Below, in pieces: positions 59,076 through 64,000 of a DNA stretch of 64,000 bases. Where the stretch lies: contig JAJDCH010000014.1 in NCBI GenBank assembly GCA_029260905.1, positions 24,129-88,128 of the forward strand, read 5' to 3'. A program made the translations under genes and the position numbers. The stretch is from Candidatus Levyibacteriota bacterium (GTDB lineage: Bacteria; Patescibacteriota; Microgenomatia; Levybacterales; UBA12049). The notes under the pieces were generated by a model. The model had not been told where the DNA came from, searched no databases, and saw only the letters and a program-made list of their open reading frames with translations. Numbering within the stretch: the first letter of the stretch is position 1; each line of letters begins with the position of its first letter.

Positions 59076-60473
59076 TCATCCAACTGAGCCTGCCATAGAA
59101 AGTGTAATTAATTTATTTAACTCTATAGCATATTCAAGCGGCAATTCTTTTACGATCGGCTCTATAAATCCATTTACAACCATGGACGTCGCATCTGCCT
59201 CAGACAGACCTCTGGACATCAGGTAAAAGAGCTGTTCTTCACCAATCTTACTAACTGATGCTTCATGCCCAAGCGTGACATCTTCTTCATTTACAATATT
59301 TGTAGGATATGTATCAGATCTTGAAAGCTCGTCAAGAAGCAATGCGTCGCATCTGACAAAAGATTTACTTCCTTTGGCTCCATTTATGATCTTGACCATA
59401 CCGCGATAACTTGATCTGCCGCCACCAACACTGACTGATTTTGAATTAATAGTACTTGTTGTGTAAGGCGCCAAATGTATTGCTTTTCCTCCTGCATCCT
59501 GATGTTGACCTTTTCCCGCAAAAGCAAGCGATAAAACTTCTCCCTTTGCGCCTTTGCCGTTTAAGATAACTGATGGATATTTCATAGTAACTTTTGATCC
59601 GATATTTCCATCAATCCATTCACCAAAACCCTCTTCTTCGACCAGCATTCTTTTTGTCACTAGATTATAAACATTATTTGACCAGTTCTGGATGGTGGTG
59701 TAGCGGACTCTGGCGCCTTTTTTGACAATTATCTCAACAACTGCTGCATGAAGTGAGTCTGTTGTGTAGATTGGCGCTGTACAGCCCTCCACATAATGAA
59801 CATATGAACCCTCCTCAGCAATTATCAATGTCCTCTCAAACTGCCCCATATTGGCAGCATTGATCCTGAAATACGCCTGTAGCGGTATCTCGACATGTAC
59901 TCCTTTTGGCACATACACAAAACTACCCCCACTCCAGACAGCTGAGTTAAGAGCTGCAAATTTATTATCAGAAACAGGTATCACAGTTCCAAAATATTGT
60001 CTGAAAAGATCAGGATGTTTTTTAAGAGCAGTATCTGTATCAAGAAAAATAACGCCTTTTTTCTCCCATTCTTTTTTAAGATTGTGATAAATCACTTCAG
60101 AATCATATTGCGCGCCAACACCAGCCAAAAATTTTTTTTCAGCCTCAGGTACACCAATCAGATCATATGTATCCTTTATATCTTTTGGCACGTCTTTCCA
60201 TTTTCTTGATTTTTTTTGAGTCGGACTGAGGTAATAAAATATGTTATCAAAGTCAATACCTGTTAAATCAGCACCCCAAGCTGGCATCATCTTTTGCTCA
60301 AACATCATCAAAGCCTGAAGCCTGAATTGAAGCATCCAATCTGGCTCATTTTTGTAGTGAGAAATTTGTTCCACAATATCCCTGCTCAAGCCCCTTTCTG
60401 TTCTAAAAACAGAGGTCTCAGGCTTATGAAAACCGTATTTATAGCTGTTTTTTATATTTTGTGTAGATCTCAA
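59076..60473 (-). CDS. sufB: Fe-S assembly protein SufB
   Basis: [22 protein letters not shown] and CDAL motifs. Confidence 0.98.
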   Translation of the reverse strand: MRSTQNIKNSYKYGFHKPETSVFRTERGLSRDIVEQISHYKNEPDWMLQFRLQALMMFEQKMMPAWGADLTGIDFDNIFYYLSPTQKKSRKWKDVPKDIKDTYDLIGVPEAEKKFLAGVGAQYDSEVIYHNLKKEWEKKGVIFLDTDTALKKHPDLFRQYFGTVIPVSDNKFAALNSAVWSGGSFVYVPKGVHVEIPLQAYFRINAANMGQFERTLIIAEEGSYVHYVEGCTAPIYTTDSLHAAVVEIIVKKGARVRYTTIQNWSNNVYNLVTKRMLVEEEGFGEWIDGNIGSKVTMKYPSVILNGKGAKGEVLSLAFAGKGQHQDAGGKAIHLAPYTTSTINSKSVSVGGGRSSYRGMVKIINGAKGSKSFVRCDALLLDELSRSDTYPTNIVNEEDVTLGHEASVSKIGEEQLFYLMSRGLSEADATSMVVNGFIEPIVKELPLEYAIELNKLITLSMAGSVG

Positions 60474-61213
60474 ATGAATTTTTTGTATCCTTCCTCTTCG
60501 ATTTTTTGGGCAAGTGATGATCCACCAGATTTGACGATCTTACCTCCTGCAATCACATGAACGAATTGGGGTTTTATATAATGAAGAATTCTTTGATAAT
60601 GAGTAATTAGAACAAGTCCCAGTGAAAAATCGAGCTTATTTATAGCAACTGAAATATGTCTGAGGGAATCAACATCAAGCCCAGAATCAGGCTCGTCAAG
60701 TACAGCAAACTTTGGTTTGAGCGCTGCCAACTGCAGGATCTCAGCTTTTTTCTTTTCTCCACCAGAGAAACCTTCATTCAGAGATCTTTTGACAATCTCT
60801 TCATTAAAGCCAATTTGTTTGGCAACAGGCTCAATCTGATTTCTAAAAGCAATAGGAGATAGCTTTTTTTCTTTGGCTTTTTTCTGTTCATTTATAGCAG
60901 TTCTGAGGAAATTTCCAAAGTTAACGCCAGCTACTTCAATTGGGTACTGAAATCCAAGAAAAAGCCCCAGCTTTGCCCGCTCATCAGGTTTGAGAGTGGT
61001 TATATCTTTATTGTTTAGTTTTATCTGACCCTTCGTAACAACATATCCAGGATGACCCATCAGAACTTGAGCAAAAGTTGATTTACCTCCTCCATTGGGT
61101 CCCATGATTGCGTGGATTTCGCCTTGATCTATACTAAAATTTAGACCTTTTAGAATTTCTTTGCCTTTTATTGTTTGGGCGTATAAATTTTTAACTGTTA
61201 ATTTATTATTCAT
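60470..61213 (-). CDS. sufC: Fe-S assembly ATPase SufC
   Basis: [28 protein letters not shown] and ITHYQRIL motifs. Confidence 0.97.
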   Translation of the reverse strand: MNNKLTVKNLYAQTIKGKEILKGLNFSIDQGEIHAIMGPNGGGKSTFAQVLMGHPGYVVTKGQIKLNNKDITTLKPDERAKLGLFLGFQYPIEVAGVNFGNFLRTAINEQKKAKEKKLSPIAFRNQIEPVAKQIGFNEEIVKRSLNEGFSGGEKKKAEILQLAALKPKFAVLDEPDSGLDVDSLRHISVAINKLDFSLGLVLITHYQRILHYIKPQFVHVIAGGKIVKSGGSSLAQKIEEEGYKKFI

Positions 61214-61448
61214 TTTTCCATTCTTTCTCAAGCTGAGTGTTTATTTCATCAATCATTTCCAGCATCTCCTCTTCTGTCATATTGTGCATTTCTGCGCCGG
61301 TCTCAAGCGTATCGTTTTCATTGGCATAGCAATTCGCACAGTGCAGTCCGTATTCTGCCAGTAGTTCAGCAGCTCTAGGGCATTCCTGACCGATGATACT
61401 GACAGGATCAAAACGGGTGATAACATATGGGGATCCCTGTCCTTTCAT
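61206..61448 (-). CDS. DUF1858-like small Cys protein
   Basis: P...E.L..YGLHCANC.....TLE.GA..H pattern; first gene of the suf operon. Confidence 0.8.
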   Translation of the reverse strand: MKGQGSPYVITRFDPVSIIGQECPRAAELLAEYGLHCANCYANENDTLETGAEMHNMTEEEMLEMIDEINTQLEKEWKNE

Positions 61449-61506
61449 GGCTACATTATAACACGAAAGAAAAAAAGCTAAAAATATAAAATAAAAACAA
61501 CTTTTG

Positions 61507-61580
61507 TGACCCGTATGGGAGTCGAACCCATGATTTTCGGGATGAAAGCCCGACGTCCTAGGCCACTAGACGAACGGGCC
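61507..61580 (-). tRNA. tRNA-Glu(TTC)
   Basis: Anticodon arm TCGGG-CT TTC AT-CCCGA. Confidence 0.95.
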
Positions 61581-61659
61581 TAAATTTATCGAAACACCTA
61601 AAATGGCGTCATAATATGTATTATAACGCCATTCAGGCTTAAATTCAATGAAGAAAGAT

Positions 61660-62319
61660 TTATTTAAATTTTTTCTTTGCTTCATCAACTACGCTTTTTG
61701 CTGCATCACGGCCTCCAAGACCAAATGCAATTCCACCTGCTAACGCAATCATTGCCACAAATCCAGTAAATAAGATTCTTACAAGATCTTGTGCAACACC
61801 TAGCTGATTAAGAACAGCTAGAAGTACAAAAACGGTCAGGGAAATTTTAGTCACTGATGCAATAGTATTTGCTGCATCAGAAGAAAGACCTGTTACTGAT
61901 GCTTGAACGAGATTGCCGGCAAGTCTGGCAAGAACTAAACCAACAAGACCGATAATTGCTGCTACAAATACATTTGGCAGATAAAGCAAAAATGTATTTA
62001 AGACTGTTGTGACTTGTGGTATACCCCAGACATCTGCTGTTGGGATAAGAAAAAGGATAAGTACAAACCACCTGACAATCTCAGCTAGTATATTTGTCCA
62101 TGTTAGTTCTTTTTTTGCCTCAGGAACCCCGTATTTCTTTAGGTATTTTTCAACCTTTAAGACATTAAAAATCTGGACAAAAACTTGCCTCGCGATTGAG
62201 GCTACGATAACACCAATTAAAAAGATAATAATGCCAGCAAGAAAATTGGGGAAAAAAGCAACTACTCCTTCAACACCTTTATTAATAGATGAAAGAAAAG
62301 TGTCTGCTATATTATTCAT
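61660..62319 (-). CDS. CmpX / TM-helix-repeat (MscS-associated) membrane protein
   Basis: Two repeats (FFPNF and YLPNV), LNQLG and AFGLGG motifs; SD AGGAGGTG before ATG 62319. Confidence 0.85.
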   Translation of the reverse strand: MNNIADTFLSSINKGVEGVVAFFPNFLAGIIIFLIGVIVASIARQVFVQIFNVLKVEKYLKKYGVPEAKKELTWTNILAEIVRWFVLILFLIPTADVWGIPQVTTVLNTFLLYLPNVFVAAIIGLVGLVLARLAGNLVQASVTGLSSDAANTIASVTKISLTVFVLLAVLNQLGVAQDLVRILFTGFVAMIALAGGIAFGLGGRDAAKSVVDEAKKKFK

Positions 62320-62495
62320 ATAATTCACCTCCTTTCATAGTAAGCTTCAAAAGTATGTTCGTCTTGATTTAGCAATCTAACCTAGATTGATATTTGGAAA
62401 TAGTATTGCACTTTAAAAATTACTTGTCAAGCATATCCCAGCTTGATATAATTCAATGATGTCCAAAAGCTATTAGTATAAGCTAAAAGCTAATC

Positions 62496-62567
62496 GGGCC
62501 GGTAGCTCAGCGGTAGAGCAGGAGCCTTTTAAGCTCTTGGTCGCGGGTTCGATCCCCGCCCGGCTCA
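62496..62567 (+). tRNA. tRNA-Lys(TTT)
   Basis: Anticodon arm GGAGC-CT TTT AA-GCTCT. Promoter TTGTCA-17-TATAAT at 62424-62452. Confidence 0.95.
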
Positions 62568-62591
62568 CAGTAAAGAAGAAAAAGTCTGAGG

Positions 62592-63377
62592 CTATGGAGT
62601 TTTTTCTGTACCGATAATTATCGTAACATCTGTGTCATTTTCTGCTTTTTCTATGTCCTCATCAATAGAATAAGTTTTTTTCAGAAATTCAGTTAATTTT
62701 TGAAGATACTCTTTATCTACTTTTTCAGCTGCAGTGATTTTGGTTAACTCAAAATCAGTTGAATCCGCATTGCCTACTGAGTCAACCTTGAAACCTTCTT
62801 CCTCCAAAGCTTCTTGCGCATCCCCTGCTGCGCCTGTCACGCCTGAACCATTTAGAACCTCAATGCTATATGCCTGAAGGTCAACTTCCACTGGCATTTC
62901 AATTATAGGAGTAGGTGTAGGTGGTACCTCAGTAGGCTTAGGAAAAAGATTTATTTGATTGCCAGATGTAACGTAGTAAATGCCGGCAAAAAGACCAATT
63001 CCAATAAGAAAAGTAACTAAAAAGACTGTTAAGAAATAAATAAATGCGCCTTTTTTGCTACCTACCTCAACATCAGGTGGCTTTGTAAAGAAATCTACTG
63101 CTTCATCTGTGGAGCTTTCTTCGACTATCTCTTCTTTGTGAAGAACAGATTTTTTTTCTTCCTTCTCCTCTTCGTCTTTTGCTTCAACTACTTCCACGTC
63201 TTCTACTGCTTCTTTCTCATCCACCTCATCTGGATTAACTGCCTCAATTTCTACTACTTCTGTTTCTTGCTTTTCGTCTTTGAGCGTATCTTTTTCTATC
63301 TTCTTTGGCTCTAGTGGCTGCTTTTTTTCTTTTTTTGAACCAAACTTAACTGGCTTTGCTCGTTTTTTTGTTTGCAT
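62592..63377 (-). CDS. LytR C-terminal domain membrane protein
   Basis: Acidic N-terminus, TM helix, PTPTP linker, VLNGSGVTGAA...GNAD...IIIG. Confidence 0.88.
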   Translation of the reverse strand: MQTKKRAKPVKFGSKKEKKQPLEPKKIEKDTLKDEKQETEVVEIEAVNPDEVDEKEAVEDVEVVEAKDEEEKEEKKSVLHKEEIVEESSTDEAVDFFTKPPDVEVGSKKGAFIYFLTVFLVTFLIGIGLFAGIYYVTSGNQINLFPKPTEVPPTPTPIIEMPVEVDLQAYSIEVLNGSGVTGAAGDAQEALEEEGFKVDSVGNADSTDFELTKITAAEKVDKEYLQKLTEFLKKTYSIDEDIEKAENDTDVTIIIGTEKTP

Positions 63378-63421
63378 AAATTATCCTCCTTATTTAGTTT
63401 AGAATTAATTAGTGTTTGTTG

Positions 63422-64000
63422 TCAATTAATCAAAAACTCGATATGTAAAAGGTTGAGAGCAAAACTAGTTAATTGATCTCCCCAAAAAAGACATGCAAAT
63501 GTCCCCAGAACCAAAAATGGTCCAAATGGTATAGTACTTCCGTGAAGCTTTTTTTGCTTTGTAAGAATAAGTATCACAGCAGCAAAGGCACCTGTAAGAA
63601 CTGCTATATAAACAGCAACTATAATGTTTGGAAAGCCAAGCAGAAGCCCCATAAAGATTGCATAAACCACGTCTCCAAACCCTATTCCCCGACCCCTAGT
63701 TATCAAAAAAATAATTAAGAAAAAAGCAAATACTCCAATTGATGCAAAAAGCAGGTTGAAGATTTGATCATAATTATAGAAATATGAATACAAAAAAACT
63801 GCCAAGATAAGCGGAAAGACAATATTAAAAGGGATTAAGCCATATTTAAGATCTGTAAAAAATATAATGATTAGTCCTGAAATAATAAAAAGTAAATATA
63901 AAACATTAAATAACATATGCACATTATTCAAAGCTATATATATATTATTCCCAAAGACAGTAAATGTGGTAAAAGCAAAAAGTAGTGCTGTTGTTGTCTC
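63422..64000 (-). CDS. pilD: Prepilin peptidase (A24), 5'-partial
   Basis: D....IP, G.GFGDV and IPFGPFL motifs. The frame is open to the window edge (E.TALLF). Confidence 0.9.
   Translation of the reverse strand, partial: ETTTALLFAFTTFTVFGNNIYIALNNVHMLFNVLYLLFIISGLIIIFFTDLKYGLIPFNIVFPLILAVFLYSYFYNYDQIFNLLFASIGVFAFFLIIFLITRGRGIGFGDVVYAIFMGLLLGFPNIIVAVYIAVLTGAFAAVILILTKQKKLHGSTIPFGPFLVLGTFACLFWGDQLTSFALNLLHIEFLIN

Noticed and set aside
1-64000. Alternative genetic code (UGA read as Gly or Trp)
   Set aside because: Conserved genes are full length under code 11, and several end properly at TGA (dacA, sufB, leuA).

Overview
AT-rich, gene-dense bacterial chromosome segment using standard code 11 (TGA is a stop codon). 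The gene content (scattered single tRNAs, PilD, LytR_C, CAP-dockerin, ATP-cone/endonuclease, GT-C fusions, sortase) suggests a Patescibacteria/CPR genome, probably Microgenomates-like; this is inference, not a database result. In order, it holds: a surface-glycan locus followed by a sortase and its LAXTG-type substrate; nine tRNAs; an FMN-riboswitch-controlled ribE-ribH-ribA-ribD operon lacking ribB, next to a KMO-like monooxygenase and a riboflavin kinase; a MacAB-type transporter; dinB with an in-frame hairpin insertion; uvrA-transglutaminase-uvrC with a dual-coding overlap; and a ~16.5 kb metabolic block (DAHP synthase, ilvBNCDE, leuACDB, suf). The standout signal is the 342-bp spacer between the divergent ilv and leu operons. 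It holds two tiny leader peptides absent from the ORF track (MYRTGLVIVVEVTP and MNSKNLLNLLLLTV), each with terminator/antiterminator helices. These look like twin ribosome-dependent attenuators in a lineage regarded as largely amino-acid auxotrophic. Two window-wide patterns also stand out: about ten genes with apparently leaderless promoter architecture, and a family of degenerate 7-bp periodic repeats. No CRISPR array, rRNA or intact mobile element was seen.
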